DNA of 64,000 nucleotides from Hemiscyllium ocellatum (lineage: Eukaryota), in NCBI RefSeq assembly GCF_020745735.1, contig NW_026867526.1:660416-724415 (forward strand). The letters are read 5' to 3'. This document shows positions 50,561-61,059 of this stretch, piece by piece. The position numbers and the translations under genes are program-made. Position 1 is the first letter of the stretch; every line of letters starts with the position of its first letter. The notes below the pieces were generated by a model. The model had not been told where the DNA came from, ran no database searches, and saw only the letters and a program-made list of their open reading frames with translations.

Positions 50561-51044
50561 CTAAAAACTTTCTATTCATGTGACTAATTTCTGAATTAAA
50601 TGAAACTCAGATTCTGTGCTGAGTTTGGTTTGGTTCGGATTGATTTTTGTTCAGACTGATTATAGACTTCAGTTAAGGCTCAGAAAATAGTTAAAATGGT
50701 GATGATGGAGTCAGTTGCTCGGTGTATCTCTTTTTTTTGATCAGATGGGCATTCTATGTGGCTGGGTTACTTGAAACACCTAATGTCTCTTAATCAGTCA
50801 GCTATAAATAATGTTTAATGTCAGTGACACCCTGACTGTGAGTTTTATTATCAACAACAAACCCTAAGAATTCAAAGATGTTCAAGATATTACCAAACAT
50901 GACTAAAATATGCTAAAATATCATTATTCATTTCCTGAATATATGTTCTTACCATGATTATATTTTCTCATTTATTTTGTTAATTTTGTTGATGCCAAGC
51001 AGGTTAGAAACTGTCATAAAAGTTTCTTGCGGTGCTATATTGCA

Positions 51045-51335
51045 TTCTGTTGATCAGATTCTGAGTTTGTTTTACTTGATTCTGTTGAACTGAGTTGATT
51101 GGATTTTGGCTTTGTTTTAGTTGATTGGGTTGAACTGTGTTGATTGGATTCTGACTTTGTTTTTACTTAGTTTTGTTGAATTTTGTTAATTGGTTTTTGA
51201 AATGGTTTTATTAGATTCTGTTGAATTGAATTGGTTGGATTCTGATTATGTTTCATTCAAATCTGTTGTTTTGAGTTGATTGGATTCTGATTTTATTTTC
51301 CTTGATTCTGTTGAATTAAGTTGATTGGATTCTTA
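51045..51335. repeat. Mirror copy of the ~45-bp tandem repeat in the right J-C intron
   Basis: Recurring gattctgttgaattgagttgattggattctga; reverse complement of 3472-3765. Confidence 0.85.
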
Positions 51336-54300
51336 TTCAGTTTGTGAAATTGATCTGCGTTTTCATGCTTTCTGAATTGGTGTTTTCTTTCTGGTGAGGA
51401 GATTGACTCTCTGGAATACTTTTCATAACCAATATTTGTGAAGTTCTTTTGTTTTTCATGAATCATTTCTGCATTTGTTAAACTTATATGACACATTTTT
51501 CTCTGCTTGATTGAAAACATTGCATCTATTTGTAACGGTGTGAAAAACAACTTAATGCAGAAACCCGGAAGTGTGAGAAATGAAAAAAACAAGTTTTTAA
51601 TGCATTGACTTTTTAAAAAAAAACTCCGTTCTAATTGTAAACTAACTGAATTTTGTTTTGAGTAGCCTCGTTCAAAATAAAATTTGGGACTAAAATCTGA
51701 AACTGCAGAATTGATCAGATTATGTCATTGAAACTAACTTAAAATTATAATGTGGTAATTTTCGTCCATTCAGTAATTTTGTTTTGACCATGAAGTGATT
51801 AATCAATATATGCCTTCAACCCCACTCTACTGTGCGCTGCACAAGATTGTCATGACCAGGAAGGGTGTGCAGGTTGGAAATAAATTGAACTATTGCCAGA
51901 AACGTTACAGTTTTAAGTGTTAAGTCCCCTCACCAACAAGGTTGCTGTTATGACTTGTTATTTCTATTCGATTTAATCATTAGTTTGCTTGATTCTGAGT
52001 AGCTTTGTTAGACTTCAATTTGTTTTTTTTGTGAGGTTACATCATGTTCTTGGTTCTGTTGAAAATGTTTGCAGAGCTAGTTCTGCTGCAAACACACCGT
52101 GCTGTGATCTGGTGATCGTTGATCTGTTGAGGAGGGACTGTGCTTGGGTAACATTAAATGTGTTATATTTGGGAAACCGTTTCTGGTTTCTACATTGTTT
52201 TTGCAATGTTAACACGGTTGGTGACAGTGAACTGCTCTTTCCTCATTCAATACAGTCAGCATGCAAGTTAAAATTTCATAAAGCCGATTATTAAGTGAAA
52301 GGCAAATCGCAAAGGTTTTAGAAATGAAGGGAAAACAGATACCTTCAGGCACCATTTTTACTTAAAATAAATAATGAAGGATTAATCTAATCCATGCTTT
52401 ACAATCCAAATTCAAAACTCAACTATCTAGTTCACTCACAACGTCTGTCTTTAAACAGTTTACAAGTCATAGAGAAATATAAATAGAATTTCAAAAGTCT
52501 AATGTTCTAATAGTTCTTGCTCTTGAGCAAAAATGCCATGACTGTGCTATAATTGATCAAGAAACACCTTTCAATTCCGCTGTACACGACATACATATTT
52601 TTCTGGCTGGAAAAGATCATTGGCAAAGACCATTTGGAAATTCTGCTCAATTCTATGAAGAACAGATCAGGTTCACTGCTTTGATCAGTTTCACACATAA
52701 CTTGAGTTAATTAATTGTTATGTCCCTGATTAAAATGGATTTGCAGGATAAAAATAAAACATGAACTGAATTATTTAACCTGCACAGTGCTTTAGGTGTT
52801 CCCAATCTGTGCATTTTAAATAAATAGTTACATTTTACAACAAAATATCAACTGAAGAGTCATTCTTCAGGAAACAACTGCTATAGTGAGTTATGTGACC
52901 AAGGCCAAATTTCAAATTAATTAAAGTAATCCACTCATGAACTCGCAGGGCAGCATGGTGGCTCAGTGATTGGCATTGCTGCCTCACAGCGCCAGGGTCC
53001 CAAATTTGATTCCACCCTCGGGTGACTGCCTGTGTGGAGTTTGCACATTCTCCCTGTGTCTGCGTGGGTTTCCTTCGGGCGCTCTGGTTTCCTACCACAG
53101 TCTAAAAGAAGTGCAGGTCAGGTGATTGTGCAATTGAGCACAGCCACAGTGTTCAGGGATGTGTATGTTAGGGTGCATTAGTCAGGGGTAAATATAAATT
53201 AGGGGGAATGGGTCTGGGTGGGCTACTTACTATTCAGAGGGTCAGTGTGGAATTGTTGGGCCAAATGGCCTGTCTCCCATACTATAGGAACTCTCCTCTT
53301 AAAACCATGGGGGAACTTGCTGCAAACGCAGAGAATTCATTTGACATCGATGTGTTCAGGCGGTGCAGAGTTCACAAATTTGCAGAAGACATGAACTAGA
53401 GGATAACAGAGCACATTGTTTATTCAGACATTGAAAATAGAGTAATATTTATTTTAATTAATATACTTGACCAATTTATTGCAATGTAGCGATCAGAAGG
53501 AATCTGCTCACATTAGTTAAGTGTGACAATCATTTAAATTAGATTTCCGGCAGTAAGCATCAGGCCATTTGGCCCAACAAGTCCACACCGACCCTCTGAA
53601 GAGTAACCCACCCAGACCCATTCCACTACCCTATATTTACCCCTGACTAATGCACCTAACACCATAGACAATATAGCATGACCAGTTCATCTGACATGCA
53701 CATCTTTGGATTGTGGGAGGAAATCCACACAGACACAGGGGAGATTGTGTAAACTCCACATAGGCAGTTACCCGAGGCTGGAACCGAGCCTGGGTACCTG
53801 GATCTGTGAGGCAGCAGTGCCACATTTACTTAGACATCTGTTAAAGTGGGCAACTCCAGACAGAAGCATGTTTTCAATTCATACCTTTTTAAACATTTTA
53901 GTTCATTAAAAGCAGTTAACAAAAAAATAACCTTGCCTTAATTCCTTCAACAGAAATGCTTTCCACACTGGAATGCAGTATTGTTTATACAGTGCATGCA
54001 AAATCTCCACAGTTCAAGGAACATTTTAAGAATATGTAAAAATAATTTAGAAAATAACCCATTTCCTCCAGATCTGTGCTTTAATTGGCAATATTTCCCA
54101 ACTTTGTTAAATGCAATGATTTACCAAGTTTATTAACTCAGTGGTCATTTATGTTCATTGTGAACACATTCTCGTTCACATTAATCCACTGGTTAGTTCC
54201 TCTGATGAATATTCAATTACAGTGAATATATTTGACGTGAGGAGTTGAGCAATGTATCCTCTGGGATTAAGTCTGTTGTACAGTTTGTTTCAGTGCTATC

Positions 54301-56526
54301 TCTGACTAACTTGTCAACGGTCCTGACCATTTGTAAATTGCCCAGTTCGGATACCTGAATCTCAGATACCTTTCATCTCGTGCTTCAAAACCACTTTTAT
54401 CTGCCAGAAATACAATATTAGATTAGGTGCCTCAGAATTGAGAACCCTGACTAAGTTGTTCCAATCAGAATGAACATTTCAGGGACAAAAGGCAGATAGC
54501 AAGAGTTTTGAAATTGGTTGTTGGCAACAAGAGATATTTGATTGAGCGAGGCAGAGGGAAATATGCTGCATATTTTCTTTGTGCCTCAGTTACGGGGAAC
54601 ATGTTTCGTGGCACAATGTAGAATCAGAATTTGTTTTTGCATCTTATTATTTGAAAACCTATTATCAATGTTTAATGTCACTGGCAACGGTCATATTACA
54701 CTTCAAAACATTTTAAACTTTTTCAAACTAAGTAGACCGTCTGGTGCAGCAACATTCACAGGGGAAAGTGGAAGGGAGTTCGAGGTTGGAATCCAGTGAC
54801 AGTGAATTGATGGCAATGCAATTCCTAGTTTTATTCCTCTGTAGTTCCCATAGAGTTTGAACAATTTGGAGCTGCTGTCAAAGTATTCTTGGATAAATGT
54901 TGAAATGTTACTTTCATTGTACAAACATTCTGGAACAATCCCTGGTTGTTGGAAGGTGTTAATAACTAACATGGTTTATGTACTGTCAAAACAGATGGGC
55001 TGTATTCTCCGTGATAGCGTCAAGTTCATTGTGTTCAGGTCTGTTGTGAGGTTGTAGTAGGGTCCCTGATTCTGTGCCAGGTGGCCTGTGTTCACTTACA
55101 ACCTGTTAGAGAGGTATGCAACACCATCTCTTATCAGGTTACTTCAATGCAAGAAAGCAGATTGAGATGTTTGGGTGTTTGTTGGAATTCCACTCACAGA
55201 GGCCAGTGAAATCTATTCAATCGCTGTCCTGACTTGTGTCTCTTAGATATTAAACAGAATTTTGGTGGTTAGCAGCTTTTTCCAGATCAATATTTGTTCA
55301 CAAGCTTTTGGGCATCGCTAGATGGGGTTATTGGAGTAAGTGCTCAAAGAAATCCCAGCTTTTGACTTGCTGTTCTAACAATATCATTTATAACTAATCC
55401 CGAATGAATCATTTTCAAAGTATATTTGATGAGATTTTGCTGAGGCTGTTTTACTTTATATTAAACCAGTGCTGTAGCTGAATTTGATAGTTCAGTACGG
55501 TGAGGGTTCTGCTGAATCCAACACTTGCAGCAGATGGTGATAGCTTTTCAGTTGGTCTTCCATTGCTATCTCAGACCATCCAGTACCTCTGCTAAGAATT
55601 CTGTTTCCAACAGGAGTCAAGCCAACCTAATCACTGTTTGTCTCAACAGGTGTGAGCTCTTGTACCAAAAACATGAAAACAATTTGGTGAAGAGGGGGTC
55701 TTTGGATGCGAAAGGTTAACCTTGCCTTCTCTCCACAGGAGCTGCTAGACCTGCTGAGTTTCTTCAGCAGTTTCTGCCTTTATTTTGGTTTTCTAGCATT
55801 TAAAGTTTGTTGTTTCATTGAAAAAAGTTCTGTTCGATTAAACACGTTCTTCAGAGAAAAGACACATTTGAACAAATTGCGAATGTTCAGAGATATTATT
55901 GAATTTGAGTGCCCCGATCTCGAGCTGTAGTTTCACAAGAAACTATTATGAAGTAACAACACACTGCAGAGTGCAGTGGCTGCTGTAATTGGGTGGAAGT
56001 TATTTTGATCACTCAAATAGAGAATGTCAATGATCCCGTTCCAAATAATCAACAGAAGTTTTTTTTAAAGCATGTGTAAAACAATTAACTTGTTGAAATA
56101 TTTTAATAAAAAGTATTCACGGCCAGTGCCAGCTTAATGAATGACACAACGACAGGAAGGTAGGAACAAGAGGAGGGCACTCAGCCCCTCGAGCTGTACC
56201 ACCACTTACTTAGATCATGGTGCATCTGTGAGCTAATCCACAGGTCTCCCTTTGGCTAAAACTCTTTAACACCTTTGTTTAACAAGCAAAAACTATTCCA
56301 GATTTACTGATTCGACTGCCCATAACAAAGGGAGACACCATTTCTGAAAGACATTCCTGTGAGGACTGTGACACAATGAGGCTGGAATTAATTGCTCATG
56401 AAAGTAAACTTTAAATCTCTGACAATTTCCAATTGAAACATCCTAATCATCATATTTCATTAATTTAACACTATACTTCCCTGGAATCAAGAAATATAAT
56501 GTGTGATTGCCTTGCTAAAAATGAGG

Positions 56527-56709
56527 AGAAATTGAGGACTGCAGATGCTGGAGATCAGAGCTGAAAATGTGTTGCTGGAAAAGTGCAGCAGGTCAGGCAG
56601 CATCCAAGGAGCAGGAGAATCGACGTTTCGGGCATAAGCCCTTCTTCAGGAAGGGCTCCTTGGATGCTGCCTGACCTGCTGCGCTTTTCCAGCAACACAT
56701 TTTCAGCAG
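56527..56709. mobile_element. Short fold-back Penelope-derived element with a 15-bp TSD
   Basis: Inverted arms; ttgctaaaaatgagg at 56512-56526 and 56710-56724. Confidence 0.85.
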
Positions 56710-56808
56710 TTGCTAAAAATGAGGGAAGCTTCTTTCCGATTATATGATTAAGAAATAGCTCTGTTCATTCAGTGAAAACACAGTCAAATTACACAAAAGG
56801 AAACCATG

Positions 56809-57011
56809 ATTTGGAGATGTCAGTGTTGGACTGGGGTGTACAAAGTTAAAAATCACACAACACCAGGTTATAGTCCAACAGGTTTAATTGGAAGCACACT
56901 AGCTTTCGGAGCGACACTCCTTTATCAGGTGATGGTGGAGCGTCACTCCAAAAGGTAGTTTGCTTCCAATTTAACCTGTTGGACTATAACCTGGTGTTGT
57001 GTGATTTTTAA
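56809..57011. mobile_element. Second-family fold-back Penelope-derived element with a 14-bp TSD (1 mismatch)
   Basis: aaaaatcacacaacaccaggttatagtccaacagg is mirrored by cctgttggactataacctggtgttgtgtgatttt; aaaaggaaaccatg 56795-56808 vs aaaaggaaacgatg 57012-57025. A related decayed copy lies at ~13070-13270. Confidence 0.78.
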
Positions 57012-57599
57012 AAAAGGAAACGATGTCATCTTGTGTAGACACACAAGTGCCTCAAATAATTTTCAATTCTTCCAGTGGTTGTTTGAATCTCTAGACAGGT
57101 GTGGAAGTGTCAGACTTTTTATATCGCCAGTTGTCATCAGTCTATTTGAATTGCTGAAGTTTGTGTGGTATTAGCACATTCACAGCGCTGTTAGGAAGTG
57201 AGTTCCATGGCTGTGATTGAGGAAGAGGAAACGGGCAGGGAAATAGTTGAGAGTCAAGTTGAAGTCTGATTTGGAGGAAAGCTTTACATGCATGTGTGCC
57301 CTTATCCTCAAGGATCACACTTTTGGAACATGCTGCCGAAGGGACAGGTCAGCATGCAAAATGGAAGCTGAAGAAGGCATCTCGGCCTCTCTAGAAGGCT
57401 ATTCCATTCATGGGATCATCATTAATCTTGCTGCTCACCAGTCTTCCCAACACTCGATAACATTGAACTTGATTGTTTCCTGTTCAACAAAACAATGGTG
57501 AATTCTTTTGGAATTCTCCACCACAGAAATTCATAGATTCAAGACTCATCGATTCTTGAAAGCGTTGTCTCAAGTACCTAGTGTGTTGAAGGTGTTTGG

Positions 57600-59945
57600 C
57601 ACATGTACCTTCATTGGTCAGAGCACTGAGTGCAGGAGTTAGGGCTTCATGTTGTAACTGTCCAAAACATTGGAATGAACTGCCAGAGGAAGCGGTAAGT
57701 GCAGAGATCGGTCCCACATTGAGAAGACATTTGAACAGCTACAGGAACTGGATCGGTCTGGATGGATATGGGCCAAAGGCAGGCAAGTGGAATGAGTTTA
57801 ATTTGGGAACTCTGGTCAGCATGGATGGGCTGGACCAAAGGAACTGTTTCTGTGCTGTACGACTTTATGACTCACTGACTTTATGGTGGAGTTGGCTCAA
57901 AGTTGGAAGGTGGTGAGCAAGTGAGGGGCTAGATTGGGCATGTGGGAGAGTTTGGGCTGGTAGGCTGGTTGGCTGTCTGCTGGGTAAACTTGCGTGCACT
58001 CTGTCTGGCAAAAGGTGGCATCAAGGTAAATGGTAATGGTCACAGGATAATTTGGTCGAATTGTGCTTGGTGGGTGAGGGGTAGTTTGAGCTGAAATGCA
58101 GGAGGTCTGTCTTTGCCAGGCTGGTTTATGGAGAGGTGGGCAGGATGCCAGGCTGGTTAGTGTAGAGGTGGGCAGAGTGCCAGGATGTTTCGGGGGTGGA
58201 AGGTCACTGGAATGAAGTGACAGGTGGATGTGTTGTCAAAATGCAAAGCTCAGAGTCTGGCAAAATGGTAGGTTGTAAAGCACAGATGCCAAAGGAGCTA
58301 GGATGCAATGTGCACAGGTTGTCTTGGGTAAGATGAGAGATCAGTGATCAAGGGCTGAGGTCATGTCTTGGGTAGTGGGCTTTTGTCAGAGGTTGTGAAA
58401 ATGATGGTGCCAGGTCCAGATTTGCCATGGACCAGGTGCAGGGTGGCAGGAGTGTAAATGACTGAAAGGAATTGAGATCATATGTCCATCTGGAATATAG
58501 AATATAGAACATTACAGTGCAGTACAGGCCCTTCAACCCTCAATGTTGTGCTGACCTGTGGAACCAATCTGAAGCCTATCTATCCTACACTATTCCATTT
58601 TCATTCATATGTTTATCCAATGACCTTTTAAATGCCCTTAAAGTTGACGAGTGTACTATTGTTGCAGGCAGTGTGTGCCATGGCCCTACTACTCTCTGAG
58701 TAAAGAAACAACCTCTGACATCTGTCATCTATGTCCTCTCCTGCTAGCCATCACTATTCAAGGCAAAAAACTTTCACTGTCCACCCTCTGTTTATCTTTT
58801 ATGTCTCAATTAAGTCACCTCTCAACCTTCTTCTCTCAAACAAAAACAGCCTCAAGACCCTCAACCTTTCCTCATTAAACCCTCCCGCCATACCAAACAA
58901 CATCCTGGTAAACCTCCTCTGAACTCTTCCAAAGCTTCCACATTCTCTCTATAATGTGGTGACCAGAACAGTACACAATACTCCAAGTGTAGCCACACCA
59001 GAGTTTTGTACAGCTGCAACCTAACCTCGTGGTTCTGAAACTCAGTCCCTCTATCGATGAAAGCCAGCACAAAGTATGCCTTCTTAACAACTCTATCAAA
59101 CTGGCTGGCAACTTTTAGGGATCTATGTACATGGGCACCGAGATCTCTCTGCTCAGCTACACTACCAATATGGATTGCCTTGGATGTGTTTTGTGTGATA
59201 GGGGTTGTGTGTTCTGGGCATGATGGGTGTATAGCAGGGTAGGGTTTGTTAATGAGAGTGGAAATTTTGGTCTAGGCAGGGTAAGTGCAGTGGTTAGTCT
59301 GAGAGATGAGGTTTGGTGGTGAACTGCGGATCAGTTTGATAGTTATTAAAGTTAAAATTACTTGTTCATTTCTCAAATCATATTTATGTAAATACTCAGC
59401 TGTAACACTCCAAAGTCTCTGAACCTTTATGGTCCTCCATTTTTCAGAGGCCTCCAGAATTCAGATCATTGTAAATGAGATGTTTCAACTTCCAGACAAT
59501 TGGCCTGAGTTCAGCCGTGACAGCCATCCTCCCCATCCCAGTGCTCAGCTCCTGCCTGTGCTGCTGCTGCTGTTGCTGCAGTGACATTTCTCCCAGAGAG
59601 AACATTCTGCCTTGCAGTGATAAGTGAGGAAGGCTCACTGGACCTGATTTCCAAGTATGGGGACGGCAAACACGAGGGGACACAACTTTAAAGTGAGGGG
59701 AGATAGGTATAAGACAGATGGCAGAGGTAGTTTCTTTACTCATTGAGTAGTAAGTGTATGGAATGCTTTGCCTGCAACGGTAGTAGATTTGCCAAGTTTA
59801 AGTACATTTAAGTTGTCATTGGACAGGCATATGGATGTACATGGAATAGTGTAGGTGGGATGGGCTTCATATTAGTATGTCAGAGCAGCACAACATCGAG
59901 GGCCGAAGGGCCTGTACTGCGCTGTACTGTTCTATGTTCTATGAT
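57600..59945. mobile_element. Cluster of CR1 fragments (57600-57880 +, 58495-59170 -, 59645-59945 +)
   Basis: ORF 58861..59070 LAFIDRGTEFQNHEVRLQLYKTLVWLHLEYCVLFWSP; 59645-59945 matches the 3' tail at 21300-21590. Confidence 0.82.
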
Positions 59946-60009
59946 TCACTCTGATTTCTCTCCGGGGGTACTGCCAGCTGTTGGGTATTTCCAGCAGCAA
60001 GGTACCTAG

Positions 60010-60325
60010 TGGGGCGGCACGCTGGTACCGTGGTTAGCGCTGCTGCCTCACAGTGCTAGGGACTCGGGTTCCATTCCAGCCTCGGGTGACTGTCTGTGTG
60101 GAGTTGGCACTTTCTCCCATATCTGTCTGCATTTTCTCCCACAGTCCAAATCTGTACAAGCTGGGGGAATTGCAAATGTTGTGTTCAGTGATTGGGAGGT
60201 TAGGTGCATTAGTCAGGGTTCACTGTAGCATAATAGGGTAGGGGAATGGGTCTGGATGTGTTTCTTTTCAGAGGGTGGGTTTGGACTTGTTGGGCCAAAT
60301 GGCCTGTTTGCACACACTGTAGAAT
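60010..60325 (+). mobile_element. Diverged V-SINE upstream of Cmu1
   Basis: ggcggcac...gtggttagcgctgctgcctcacagtgct head and ggacttgttgggccaaatggcctgttt tail region. Confidence 0.82.
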
Positions 60326-60672
60326 TTGGATGAATCTGCATTTCCTTGGTTTGTATTTTGTGAAACTTCTCTGCTCTTCACAGCAATCCAATGAAAGTGT
60401 CAGTTGGTGAGATCTTCAAACAGTTACTGGGGTGGGATCAGGATGTTCTTCTTCCTAAATTTTATGGCAATGGTCAAGGTCGAGGGCATGTTTCTAAAGA
60501 GGGAACCAATGATCATGATCAGCAACTGGTAGGAAACAAAAATAAACTCCAGTTATGCTGTAGACTTCAGCGGGAGCATACTGGCAAACATTTACAGCTG
60601 AGGATACATTTGAGTAACTGATAAGGTCAAATTAACAGAAATTAACATGCTCAATTGGTCATTCTATTGTAG

Positions 60673-60984
60673 GGACACCATCTCCCCCCACACTTTATGG
60701 CCTGGTCTCCTCCTGTGAGGGGCACAACACTGATTCTACAATCTTTGGTTGTTTGGTGGTGGACTATTCCCCTGACGTCACCAAGGTAACCTGGAAGAAA
60801 GGTGGGGAGCTAATCACGAATGGTGGATTGAAGACTTACCCATCAGTGAGAAACAAGAAGGGAACCTACACCCTGAGCAGCCAGTTAACCCTGCCCAGGT
60901 CAGCGGTAGATTGCCCCAACAAAATCTACTGTGAGGTTGAACACAGCGGGTCACACTCACACAAGAGCAAAGAAATGCCATGTG
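60673..60984 (+). CDS. IGHM: IgM heavy-chain constant exon 1 (Cmu1)
   Basis: Acceptor ctattgtag|GG and donor TGTG|GTACGT, phase-compatible with J. Translates [15 protein letters not shown]...[21 protein letters not shown]...[19 protein letters not shown]...IYCEVEH, a C1-set Ig domain resembling shark Cmu1. Confidence 0.88.
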
Positions 60985-61059
60985 GTACGTATTGTGGGAA
61001 CTGAGATAAACAGAGCATCTGGGATTAATATGAATAAGGCATTATTTATAACCATTTTC

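Larger units (their letters stand above)
45958..54811 (+). repeat. Right arm of the inverted segmental duplication
   Basis: Reverse complement of 1-7804. About 1 kb longer because it retains the V-D intervening DNA and has two extra SINE insertions. Confidence 0.97.

Noticed and set aside
49477-60984. IgNAR, IgW or TCR identity
   Set aside because: V has a full FR2 (WVRQ..GLEW) and CDR2, J is WGQG, and the C exon matches the Cmu1 pattern ([24 protein letters not shown]). IgM fits best, though this was not confirmed by database search.
60753-61004. Stand-alone 83-aa ORF
   Set aside because: It is the internal part of the Cmu1 exon (60673-60984) with read-through past the donor.
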